From positions 1-47,983 of the forward strand of contig JBDKKQ010000293.1 of NCBI GenBank assembly GCA_039796015.1: a stretch of 47,983 nucleotides of DNA. The letters run 5' to 3'. This document shows, one piece after another, positions 1 to 8,538 of the stretch. Under the pieces are notes generated by a model that saw nothing but the letters and a program-made list of their open reading frames with translations, was not told where the DNA came from and did not search any database. Numbering within the stretch: the first letter of the stretch is position 1; each line of letters starts with the position of its first letter. Source of the stretch: Verrucomicrobiota bacterium. GTDB lineage: Bacteria; Verrucomicrobiota; Verrucomicrobiia; Limisphaerales; UBA9464. Both the position numbers and the translations under genes were made by a program.

Positions 1-163
1 TCGAAGTGGGGGACGTTTTGACCGACTCGAAGGGTAATCTGTTCGCTCATATCGACGGGGTTAGATGACAAAGTGGCAGGATTGAGTGTTTCCCGGCGTC
101 GGGCCGGGTGCAGAAAATCGATAGCATGTTCCGCTGGAGGTGCAATCGGATGAGGTGCTTTTT

Positions 164-191
164 TTGACGAATCCGGATTATGCGATACGAT
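164..191 (+). promoter_or_regulatory. putative sigma70 promoter TTGACG-N16-TACGAT
   Basis: Near-consensus -35/-10 hexamers directly upstream of ATG 197; implies a leaderless or very short-leader transcript. Confidence 0.45.
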
Positions 192-196
192 TATAA

Positions 197-1456
197 ATGA
201 TTTCCATGACCCGATTGCCCCGATTTTTGCTGTTGCCGATGCTGTGTTCGTCGCTGATGGCCGCCGAATCGTGGGACCAATGGCGTGGCCCCAATCGGGA
301 CGGCAGGATTTCCGGTGCGAAATGGCCCGCAGGGCTGGACGAAGCCCGCCTTAAGAAACGTTGGCAGTTACCTCTGGGTCCCAGCTACTCCGGGCCGGTG
401 ATGAATGCCGAGCGGGTCTTTATCACCGAGACCGTGGACAAGAAGCGGGAGCAGGTGACGGCATTGCGACGCTCCGATGGTTCTGTGGTTTGGAAGCGGG
501 ACTGGGAGGGAGCTATGTCCGTTCCATTCTTTGCTCGATCCAATGGGGATTGGATTCGTGCCACCCCGGCCTTGGATGGCGATACGCTGTATGTTGCTGG
601 CATGCGCGACGTGTTGGTGGCTCTGAACAGCACCGACGGTTCCGAGCGTTGGCGATTGGACTTCGTGAAACGCTTTGGAGCAGACCTACCCACCTTTGGT
701 TTTGTCTCCTCACCCTTGATTGATGGCGACAGTGTTTACGTTCAGGCCGGTGGTGGTGTTGCACGTCTGCGCAAAGCCGATGGTCAGGTGGTGTGGCACG
801 GGGCCCGGGATGGTGGCGGTATGATGGGCAGTGCCTTCGGATCGCCCGTGATCCTCACCCTCGCCGGCAAACGCCAGTTGGTGATCCAGGCGCGGACTCG
901 ACTCTTCGGGGTGGCGTTGGAGGATGGTGCCGAATTGTGGTCCCTTCCGGTCGAATCCTTCCGTGGCATGAACATCCTAACGCCGACCTTCGCCGGCAAA
1001 GATCGACTCTTCACAGCTGCCTACGGTGGGAAAACTTTGGGCATCGATATCCGTTCGGAGAACGGTGGCTTCCGGGCGGTCCCGGCATGGGAATTTAAGG
1101 CGCAAGGCTACATGACCTCCCCGATCATTCATGAGGGACATGCTTACCTCCAGTTGCGGAGCCAACGAGCTCTCTGCATAGAGCTGGCGACGGGCGCCGA
1201 GAAGTGGACTACCAGTGAGAGTTTCGGCAAATACTGGAGCATGGTTGCCCAGTCCGATCGTATCCTTGCCTTAGACGAACGCGGGGAGCTGATCTTGTTT
1301 AAAGCCACCCCGGAGAAATTTGACGTCCTTTCTCGGCGCAAGGTGGCTGAATCCGATGCCTGGGCCCACCTGGCGGTGGACGGTTCAGAGCTTTACATCC
1401 GGGAACTGAAGGCCCTCAGCGTCTGGGATTGGTCGAGCGGCGCGTCTCAGCCCTGA
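197..1456 (+). CDS. PQQ-like beta-propeller repeat protein (BamB-like), secreted
   Basis: Signal peptide followed by WDQWRGPNRDG motif and repeated G..xW propeller blades typical of PVC PQQ_2 proteins; start could be 206. Confidence 0.85.
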   Translation: MISMTRLPRFLLLPMLCSSLMAAESWDQWRGPNRDGRISGAKWPAGLDEARLKKRWQLPLGPSYSGPVMNAERVFITETVDKKREQVTALRRSDGSVVWKRDWEGAMSVPFFARSNGDWIRATPALDGDTLYVAGMRDVLVALNSTDGSERWRLDFVKRFGADLPTFGFVSSPLIDGDSVYVQAGGGVARLRKADGQVVWHGARDGGGMMGSAFGSPVILTLAGKRQLVIQARTRLFGVALEDGAELWSLPVESFRGMNILTPTFAGKDRLFTAAYGGKTLGIDIRSENGGFRAVPAWEFKAQGYMTSPIIHEGHAYLQLRSQRALCIELATGAEKWTTSESFGKYWSMVAQSDRILALDERGELILFKATPEKFDVLSRRKVAESDAWAHLAVDGSELYIRELKALSVWDWSSGASQP

Positions 1457-1497
1457 GGTCGCTCAGTTCTGAGATGGAGAACTCATGGAACGGAGGA

Positions 1498-2469
1498 TTA
1501 GAAAATGCTGCCTGCTGCCGTGCCGATGACCTGAAGTGGGCCGGCATCCTCTAGTGTTTCGGTGGCCTTTTCGACTTTCTGAAGGGTGAGCTTCAGGTTG
1601 CGCAAGAACGCATCATCATTGATGAGCTGACCGACCGTTCCGTTTCCTCGATTCAACTTCTCGGCCACTTCGCGGAGGTTGGTGATCATGTTGGTCGTCT
1701 CACGGAACAGCGAGTCATCCACCAGCAGGCGGCCGATGGTTCCTTTACCGGAGTTCATGTCGGCCATCATTTGGCGAGTCGTGGACAAAGTGATCTTCAG
1801 GTCTTCGGTAGACGCGATGAGGTTGGTGACCGCCTGGAGCGTCTGAACGTACAAAGTGTCTTGCCTCAGCAGTCGACCCAGCGTGCCTTCGCCCTTGTTG
1901 ATACCGGTGGTCACGCTGTCGAGGTTGCTCAAGATTGAAGCGATGCGTGGCTGGTTGTCCTTGATCATGTCGGTCATGGGTCCGAGCAGCTTGGTGAAGT
2001 CTTCACCGCTGAAGCTCTTGGTCATGTTTTGCATGCCGTCGGCGGCGCTCTCCAGCTTGCTCATGATGGCCGCTAGATCGGGTTGCTCACGGCTTTCGAG
2101 CAAGGCTCCTGTGGACACCACCGGAGAGGCGGGGTTACCGAAATCGATGGCCATGAAGTTTTGACCCATCATGCCGGTGAATTTGATGGATGCCTTGCTG
2201 TCGGTGCGCACCCCGGCTGCTGGTTCCACAGTCATGGAGACCTCCACCTTGCCATCGGCGATCCGGATTGCTTGGACTCGGCCGACATCTACGCCCGCCA
2301 ATTTGACCGGATCTCCCACCTTGAGATCCCCCGCGGAGTTGAATCGGGCCTTGATTGGGATACCGCTATCAAAGAAGCGCTCGCCTCCCACCATTTCAAA
2401 CAGTACGAACGCAGCCACGAAGACCAGGGCAAAGAAAATGCCCAGTCGAGTTTCCAGAGAGTTTTTCAT
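1498..2469 (-). CDS. MlaD/MCE family lipid transport substrate-binding protein
   Basis: N-terminal TM, MCE motif (LKVGDPVKLAGVDVGRV), helical C-terminus with repeated GxGT(L/I/V)GxL(L/I) units. Confidence 0.9.
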   Translation of the reverse strand: MKNSLETRLGIFFALVFVAAFVLFEMVGGERFFDSGIPIKARFNSAGDLKVGDPVKLAGVDVGRVQAIRIADGKVEVSMTVEPAAGVRTDSKASIKFTGMMGQNFMAIDFGNPASPVVSTGALLESREQPDLAAIMSKLESAADGMQNMTKSFSGEDFTKLLGPMTDMIKDNQPRIASILSNLDSVTTGINKGEGTLGRLLRQDTLYVQTLQAVTNLIASTEDLKITLSTTRQMMADMNSGKGTIGRLLVDDSLFRETTNMITNLREVAEKLNRGNGTVGQLINDDAFLRNLKLTLQKVEKATETLEDAGPLQVIGTAAGSIF

Positions 2470-2609
2470 TCAGACCAATTGAGTGACGTTCCTTGCTAGG
2501 GATGTCTGCTGCAGAACGCTAGAAAGGCAACCATGTTCAAGTCAATGTCGACCGGTTACCGCCAACGGCCGTCTAGCGCTGCATTCCGCCCGCTGGTCAA
2601 GTATCCGTC

Positions 2610-2644
2610 AAAAAACCCCGGGCCACAAGGGTGGCACCGGGGTT
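2610..2644 (-). terminator. intrinsic terminator downstream of cupin gene
   Basis: Minus strand aaccccggtgccac-cctt-gtggcccggggtt hairpin followed by U-run. Confidence 0.7.
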
Positions 2645-2671
2645 GGAACGGAATCCTTATTCTACCATGTA

Positions 2672-3940
2672 TCAGGCGAAGGTATTCTTGCGATAGGCAC
2701 CCATCGTTGGGGCATCCGGGTTCACTTCGGGTCCGAAGTACCGCAGGCAAACCAAGGGTTCGGTTTCACTGGTGTTCTCGAAGGTGACACCGGCTTTGGC
2801 ACCGTCTTCGGTGCAGAAGTATTCGTCTTCGGTCAGCTCGTGGAAGCGGATGAGCTTCGGGCTGTTGAGCGGCTGACCGTTGATCTTACCGCTGCCTTGG
2901 ACGCAAATCAGGCCGTAGGCACCCTTGTCGGGGATCGTGGCCTTCATGCCCGGATCCACCGTGAGCTCCTTGGCGGTGAAGAGCTGCTCGCCGTCCACTT
3001 TGCCGTACACGATCCAGCGGTCGACAAAGCCTTCTTTGCGAGTGTCAGCCACCGGCACGGGCTCGAGGTAGTGGTTGTCCTTGAAATTCGGATCCACGTT
3101 CTTGTCCCAATCCAACTGTTCGACGATGAAGTCGATATCCTGATGGTACTTCTTGGGCATGTCCTTCACCAGCAGGCTCCAGGGCACATAGCGTCCCTCG
3201 ACCAAGCTTTGGTACATGCCGAACACGTCGCTACCCCACTGCGGCTCATAGGTGCAGAGGCTTCCCGGGGCGTGGAGGATGCAGGGGTCGATCAGCCAAC
3301 CGGTGCCGGGCTTGAGGCGGTAGGCCTTGGACAGGTCCAGAATTCCGTTGTCACCCTTGTTCCAGTCTTCGAGGCACTTCCGGACTTGGGCCTTGGTCGT
3401 GCCCGGTTCAAATCCCATGAAGGTGTAGGGGAAGTTGTTTCCCACATTGTTGTGCTGGGGCGGAAAGTAGTAGCTCTCGGGCTTGCCTTCCTGACCCACC
3501 AACTTGGCCTGCTTGGCCGACTGGTGCATGTGATGGGGAATGGGCCCCATGTTGTCGAAGAACTTGGAGTACACGGGCCAGCGGCCGTACTTCTTCCAAA
3601 TCGACTTGCCCACCAGAGTGGCCCCGGTGTCTTCGACCGCCTGACGCAAGGTAAAGCGTTCTTTGCCCACGACCACATAGCTCAGGCCCTCATCTGCCAC
3701 GCGTCCCTCATTGGCCGCCTCGGTTGTCGATGCGAACCAACGTTCATCGATGCCACCGCGGTTCGCCCCGTAGGCGTAGGTGTCATCTGGGTGGAGTTTG
3801 AGGCGAAGACCCGGCTGCAGGAAGGAGCGGGGCACCCAGGCCGGAGCCAGGCGCAGCAAACCTCCGGTGCGTGAGAGCTCAGCCTCGACCTTGGACTTGG
3901 TGTTCTTCCGGACGGTCTTCAGTTGCGTGACGGTGTTCAT
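2672..3940 (-). CDS. conserved cupin-fold protein, mannose-6-phosphate isomerase class I-like
   Basis: PMI-like metal motifs PIPHHMHQ, GKPESYYF, ILHAPG, YEPQ..SD; strong GC3 codon bias; start set at MNTVTQ. Confidence 0.65.
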   Translation of the reverse strand: MNTVTQLKTVRKNTKSKVEAELSRTGGLLRLAPAWVPRSFLQPGLRLKLHPDDTYAYGANRGGIDERWFASTTEAANEGRVADEGLSYVVVGKERFTLRQAVEDTGATLVGKSIWKKYGRWPVYSKFFDNMGPIPHHMHQSAKQAKLVGQEGKPESYYFPPQHNNVGNNFPYTFMGFEPGTTKAQVRKCLEDWNKGDNGILDLSKAYRLKPGTGWLIDPCILHAPGSLCTYEPQWGSDVFGMYQSLVEGRYVPWSLLVKDMPKKYHQDIDFIVEQLDWDKNVDPNFKDNHYLEPVPVADTRKEGFVDRWIVYGKVDGEQLFTAKELTVDPGMKATIPDKGAYGLICVQGSGKINGQPLNSPKLIRFHELTEDEYFCTEDGAKAGVTFENTSETEPLVCLRYFGPEVNPDAPTMGAYRKNTFA

Positions 3941-4197
3941 CAAAAACGTTTCAGAGGTTTTATTCCCTTCGATGACGGGTTGGCCTGGCGAGGTATAACA
4001 GACCCCGACCAGAGGACCCCGACCTGAGGAGCCCGACTTGAGAGTCAACGAAGGATGCGCTTACGGTAATCGGGAGGAGGCCGGGACGGCCAAGGGAAAA
4101 CCGAGGCCTGTTTAAAAAACTCCGAGCTCAATTCGAGTCGGCATCTTGATCTTGGGCTAGGCCTTGAGCGGCTGAATGCGTGGTCAGCTAATCGGAA

Positions 4198-5016
4198 TTA
4201 TTGGGGCAACAGGCGCAGCACGGACTGCGGCAGCTGATTGGCCTGGGCCAACATCGCTGTGGTGGATTGATTGAGAATGTTCTGTCTTGAGAACTCCGTA
4301 CTCTCGCTAGCCACGTCCACGTCTTTAATGGCCGAGGTGGCGGCCGTGAAGGTCTCGATGGTGGCTGCCAAGTATTCGGAGGCCATGTTGAGGCGGGATT
4401 GATTGGCGCCGACATTGGCTCGGTCTGCAGCCAATTGAGTGATGGCCGTTCGCACTGCAGACAGTGCGGTGGTGGCCGCTCCGGTGGTAGAGATGCCGCT
4501 GGCACTTTGGGTCACCGCATTGTAGGTCGCTGAAGCGGACCCCAGGTTGATCCCACTCATCACGAAGGCGGTTCCCTCCGAATCGATCACCGATTCAACG
4601 TCGGCTGCCGAAAAGAGCGAAACACTGTTGAACTCCTTGTTGGCGAGGTCGGAGATGTAGCTCTTGAGTTGCGAGAACTCATTGTTGTAGAGGGCCCGGT
4701 CGGCGTCGCTCTTAGTACCGTCGAGCGAGAGCATGGCTAGTTCGCTCATCCGGTTCAGGGTCTTTGCAACCCGCTTGAGGTAGCCGTCCTGAGTGTTGGA
4801 AAAGGATTGGGCGTTGGACACGTTGTCCTTGGCCGCATTGGCACGCTCAAGTTTGGCGTCGAAACGCATGCTGACGGCCAGACCGCCTGCGTCATCGTAA
4901 GCGTTTACGATGCGAGAACCGGAGCTGAGTTTGGCCAGCGACTTGGTGAGAGCGGCCGAGGTGCGCGTGAGGTCGTTGGAGGCCGATTGGGCGGCCAAAT
5001 TGGAGCCAATGGTCAT
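4198..5016 (-). CDS. fliC: flagellin (short, 272 aa)
   Basis: LSSGSRIVNAYDDAGGLAVS N-terminal and IKDVDVA..STEFSRQNIL..AMLAQANQLPQSVLRLL C-terminal flagellin motifs. Confidence 0.95.
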   Translation of the reverse strand: MTIGSNLAAQSASNDLTRTSAALTKSLAKLSSGSRIVNAYDDAGGLAVSMRFDAKLERANAAKDNVSNAQSFSNTQDGYLKRVAKTLNRMSELAMLSLDGTKSDADRALYNNEFSQLKSYISDLANKEFNSVSLFSAADVESVIDSEGTAFVMSGINLGSASATYNAVTQSASGISTTGAATTALSAVRTAITQLAADRANVGANQSRLNMASEYLAATIETFTAATSAIKDVDVASESTEFSRQNILNQSTTAMLAQANQLPQSVLRLLPQ

Positions 5017-5077
5017 GGGAGTAATTTCTATCGGAGTGGTTTCAGTTCAGTGGAAACCTCAGAGGGGTCGAGAGTGC

Positions 5078-5884
5078 TTACTGCGGCAACAGTCGCAGCA
5101 CGGACTGAGGCAACTGATTGGCCTGGGCCAGCATGGCGGTGGTGGATTGATTGAGGATGTTTTGCCGCGAGAACTCAGTGCTTTCGCGGGCGACATCGAC
5201 ATCTTTGATCACCGAGCTGGCGGCGGTGAAATTCTCGATGGTGGCCGCGAGCTGGTCGTTAGCCATGTTAAGCCGGGACTGGAAGGCGCCAATGGTGGCT
5301 CGGTCGGCGGCCAATTGGTCGATGGCCTTGCGGATGCCGCTGAGTGCGGTCGTCGCGAAACCGGTCGTCGCGATTGAGCTGCCGGTGACTGAGGTGTAGG
5401 TGACAGAATCTAGATCCACACCCGTCATGTTGAAGGAGGTGCCCTCGGAATCGATGACGGACGCCACGTTTGCCGCCGAGAACAGGCTGACCGAGTTGAA
5501 CTCCTTGCCGCCCACGTTGGTGATGTAGCTGCTGAGCTGATCGAATTCGTTTTCGTAGAGCGCCCGGTCGGCGTCGCTCTTAGTACCGTCGAGCGAGAGC
5601 ATGGCCAGTTCGCTCATACGGTTGAGGGTCTTGGACACCCGCTTGAGGTAGCCGTCCTGGGTGTTGGTGAACGACATCGCGTTGGCCACGTTATCCCGGG
5701 CGGCGTTGGCTCGCTCTATCTTGGCGTCGAAGCGCAGGCTGATGGCGACTCCGGCCGCGTCATCGTACGCATTCACAATGCGTGAACCCGAGCTGAGTTT
5801 GGCCAAGGACTTGGCGAGTGCTGCGGATGTGTTAGTGAGGTCGTTGGCGGCCGATTGTGCAGCCAAGTTGGAACTGATAATCAT
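5078..5884 (-). CDS. fliC: flagellin (short, 268 aa)
   Basis: Same flagellin N/C motifs; tandem paralogue of 4198..5016. Confidence 0.95.
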   Translation of the reverse strand: MIISSNLAAQSAANDLTNTSAALAKSLAKLSSGSRIVNAYDDAAGVAISLRFDAKIERANAARDNVANAMSFTNTQDGYLKRVSKTLNRMSELAMLSLDGTKSDADRALYENEFDQLSSYITNVGGKEFNSVSLFSAANVASVIDSEGTSFNMTGVDLDSVTYTSVTGSSIATTGFATTALSGIRKAIDQLAADRATIGAFQSRLNMANDQLAATIENFTAASSVIKDVDVARESTEFSRQNILNQSTTAMLAQANQLPQSVLRLLPQ

Positions 5885-6165
5885 ACAGTTTTACTATGGG
5901 TTTGGTTGTTGGCAGGACTTAAAGGGGTGGAGGCCGTTGGGCTTTTGGGTTTTCCAAAAGTCGGCAAGTGGGGTAGGGGGATCCGAGTGGCGGCCTCTCG
6001 GTTAGCCTTTTGGATTTCGTCGTAGACTTCCTGTCGATGGACAGGGATGTCGGCAGGGGCCTCGATGCCCACTTTGACCGTGTCACCATCGGTGCGGATG
6101 ATTTTGACAATCACTCGTCCGTCGATGACCAGGCTCTCTCCGACTTTTCGTGAAAGTATCAGCAT
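5881..6165 (-). CDS. csrA: carbon storage regulator CsrA with C-terminal extension
   Basis: MLILSRKVGESLVID...VKVGIEAPADIPVHRQEVY signature; between fliW and flagellin. Confidence 0.95.
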   Translation of the reverse strand: MLILSRKVGESLVIDGRVIVKIIRTDGDTVKVGIEAPADIPVHRQEVYDEIQKANREAATRIPLPHLPTFGKPKSPTASTPLSPANNQTHSKTV

Positions 6166-6189
6166 TAGACCCTCCTTGGTATGCGTGCT

Positions 6190-6600
6190 TCAGGTTGCTT
6201 GGATCGGGTGTTTGATCGCGTATTGCGACTGGCTCAACACGACTTGCATTCCGATCATCGTGTGTCGGTTGATCACGATGGGGCCCTTAAGGTTTACGGT
6301 GGCCGATCCATCCGATTTCAGGGTCACGATGTTGAAGACCAGAGTGTCGTTGGGATTCCGGATCTCCAGAAAGTCCGCGTCGGCGTCGCTCATATCGAGG
6401 GCGTAATCGGGCAGTACCAGACATGGAGGCACCACCAAGAAGGCGAGATCGCCTCCATCAGGGACTGAGAGCCAGTGGAAGGGTGTTTGATCGGCTCTGG
6501 TAATGAGCGAGTAAGTCTTGATTCGCTCAAAGCCCAAAAGGCCCAGAGGTAACTGGACCGTCTGGGTTTTAGTGATCTCGATTTCAGCGACGCTACTCAT
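6190..6600 (-). CDS. fliW: flagellar assembly factor FliW
   Basis: GLLGFE, PFHWL, LAFLVVPP, ATVNLKGPIVIN motifs; adjacent to csrA; start set at MSSVAE. Confidence 0.92.
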   Translation of the reverse strand: MSSVAEIEITKTQTVQLPLGLLGFERIKTYSLITRADQTPFHWLSVPDGGDLAFLVVPPCLVLPDYALDMSDADADFLEIRNPNDTLVFNIVTLKSDGSATVNLKGPIVINRHTMIGMQVVLSQSQYAIKHPIQAT

Positions 6601-6613
6601 GGCGAGTGGGTTC

Positions 6614-6630
6614 AAGCAGTGGCTGTGCCA
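6614..6630 (-). promoter_or_regulatory. sigma54 (-24/-12) promoter of fliW-csrA-fliC-fliC
   Basis: Minus strand TGGCACAGCCACTGCTT: GG-N10-GC with TGGCAC. Confidence 0.75.
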
Positions 6631-6712
6631 GCCCCTAAAACAGCCCAAAAACCTCAATTCTTGCCGAGGAACACGCTGAAACGAGCCGTTTATTCCCAGT
6701 ATTTAGGGAGGA

Positions 6713-6729
6713 GCGGCAAAAATGGCCGG
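6713..6729. promoter_or_regulatory. candidate enhancer (bEBP site) GCGGCAAAAATGGCCGG
   Basis: Imperfect palindrome about 90 bp upstream of the sigma54 site; 14/17 identical to 29231..29247. Confidence 0.45.
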
Positions 6730-6845
6730 CAGAGGAAGGCGCAGCCAGCACGACCGATCGAACTTAGTCGTTCCCTAGAGGGTCCGTAGCCGAAGATTCA
6801 GGGAATTCCCCTTGTTCGACAGGGATGCCTGACCCTAATTTGTTC

Positions 6846-6940
6846 GTGCCAGGGCCCATGGAACGTGGACTTGTGAACCCCGCCAGGGCCGGAAGGCAGC
6901 AACGGTGCTTGTTCCGCGTCTGCCGTGGGTACCCTGGCAT
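6846..6940 (+). ncRNA. ffs: small SRP RNA (4.5S)
   Basis: Helix-8 motif GCCAGGGCCGGAAGGCAGCAACGGT, terminal stem gtgccaggg/ccctggcat, followed by U-rich tract. Confidence 0.93.
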
Positions 6941-7089
6941 TTTCTCTTTTCACGGCGAGGGCGGTTTACGGAATCCGTTCCGTCAGGTCCGATTCCGTTA
7001 GGGCATAAATGAGGTTGGTTCGTCAATGACCGGACCGCGTGTCTGGACTTCGAGTTGAACAATGACCGCGGCATGCTAAGCGTCTCATC

Positions 7090-8538
7090 TTGAAAACGGT
7101 TCTCCATTGGTTTCGCCGCGATCTTCGAGTTACCGACAACACGTCGCTATGGCAGGCCTATAGCGAATCGGACCGTTTGGTAACTGTCTTCTGTTGGGAT
7201 GACGCGATTTTGCAGTCCCCGGACGTAGGGCCGGCTCGGGTGAATTTCCTGCTGCGATCCCTGGAGGCGTTGTCGCGAAATCTCGAGAGTTTAGGGCACC
7301 AATTGGTGGTGCGTCGAGGGCCTCCGGAGGAGGTTATCCCGGCGTTGGCTCGCGAGGTGGGTGCCATTTCGGTGTTCACCAATCGGGACTACGAGCCTTA
7401 TGCGATGGCTCGTGATGAGCGGGTTCGTGCTGCCTTGAAGGAGCGCTCGATCGGGTTTCGGTCTCATAAAGACGCGGTAATCCATGAAGAGCGGGAGGTG
7501 CTGACTCGCACCGGCACGGTGTTCAGTGTCTTCACACCGTATTCCCGTGCCTGGAAAACGTTGCCGGTGGCCGGGCCATTACCGCGGATTGGCGCACCCA
7601 AGTCGCCGATGCCATCGCCGCCATCCTTGCCCCTGCCCAATGGCGGTGAGGCGCTGGGCCACCCGTTGGCGCAGAGTCTCTTCCCAGCCGGTGAAAGGGC
7701 CGGACTGCAGGCTCTGGAAGCATTTCTGGAGGCGCGCGTTTTCGGCTATGACCATGGACGCAACGTCCTCGAAAAGAATCCTGGCACCTCGCAACTCTCA
7801 CCACATCTGCGTTTTGGGACGGTGGGAATCCGGACGGTTCTGGATCGATTGCAAACGGCCCGGTCCAGGGCCACGACGGCGACGAGTCTGAAATCCTGCG
7901 ACACGTGGCTCAGTGAGCTCATTTGGCGTGAGTTTTACATTCAGATTCTAACCAATCATCCGCGCGTCGCAGCGGGGGCCTTTCGCCCGGAGTACAATCA
8001 GATTCAGTGGCAGGGAACTGACGCTCAGTTTGACGCGTGGTGCGCCGGTCAGACCGGATATCCGATCGTCGATGCGGCCATGCGATGCCTGAATGCCACG
8101 GGGTGGATGCACAACCGGCTCCGAATGATCGTTGCCATGTTTCTGACCAAAGATCTGATGGTCTCTTGGCAGCGAGGTGAACGCTACTTCATGCGGACCT
8201 TGGTGGATGGCGATTTGGCCGCCAACAACGGCGGTTGGCAGTGGAGTGCGGGCTGTGGCACCGACGCCGCCCCCTATTTCCGAATCTTCAACCCAGTGAC
8301 CCAGGGTGAGAAATGTGATCCGGATGGAGCCTTTGTTCGACAATGGGTGCCGGAGTTGGCGGATGCACCGTCGGATTGCATCCAAGAGCCTTGGGCCCGA
8401 CCGATCTTGCTAGCCCGAAGCCGATACGTGTCACCCATCGTTCAGCACGATGTTCAGCGCGGTCGCTGTCTGGCCATGTTCAAGGCCGTCAAGGGGGCGG
8501 CGGCTCCATCGATACCCAACGAGGCAACCCACGAATGA
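7090..8538 (+). CDS. phrB: deoxyribodipyrimidine photolyase
   Basis: WFRRDLRVTDN, TSQLSPHLRFG, ELIWREFY, TGYPIVDAAMR, MHNRLRM, NNGGWQW, YFRIFNP. Confidence 0.95.
   Translation: MKTVLHWFRRDLRVTDNTSLWQAYSESDRLVTVFCWDDAILQSPDVGPARVNFLLRSLEALSRNLESLGHQLVVRRGPPEEVIPALAREVGAISVFTNRDYEPYAMARDERVRAALKERSIGFRSHKDAVIHEEREVLTRTGTVFSVFTPYSRAWKTLPVAGPLPRIGAPKSPMPSPPSLPLPNGGEALGHPLAQSLFPAGERAGLQALEAFLEARVFGYDHGRNVLEKNPGTSQLSPHLRFGTVGIRTVLDRLQTARSRATTATSLKSCDTWLSELIWREFYIQILTNHPRVAAGAFRPEYNQIQWQGTDAQFDAWCAGQTGYPIVDAAMRCLNATGWMHNRLRMIVAMFLTKDLMVSWQRGERYFMRTLVDGDLAANNGGWQWSAGCGTDAAPYFRIFNPVTQGEKCDPDGAFVRQWVPELADAPSDCIQEPWARPILLARSRYVSPIVQHDVQRGRCLAMFKAVKGAAAPSIPNEATHE

Noticed and set aside
2483-3874. 463-aa plus-strand ORF
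   Set aside because: Antisense shadow of the codon-biased cupin gene; no recognisable motifs
5017-5077. tccgatag resembling a sigma28 -10 box before the second flagellin
   Set aside because: No TAAA -35 element at the correct spacing
6835-7107. 90-aa minus-strand ORF
   Set aside because: Overlaps the SRP RNA; spurious
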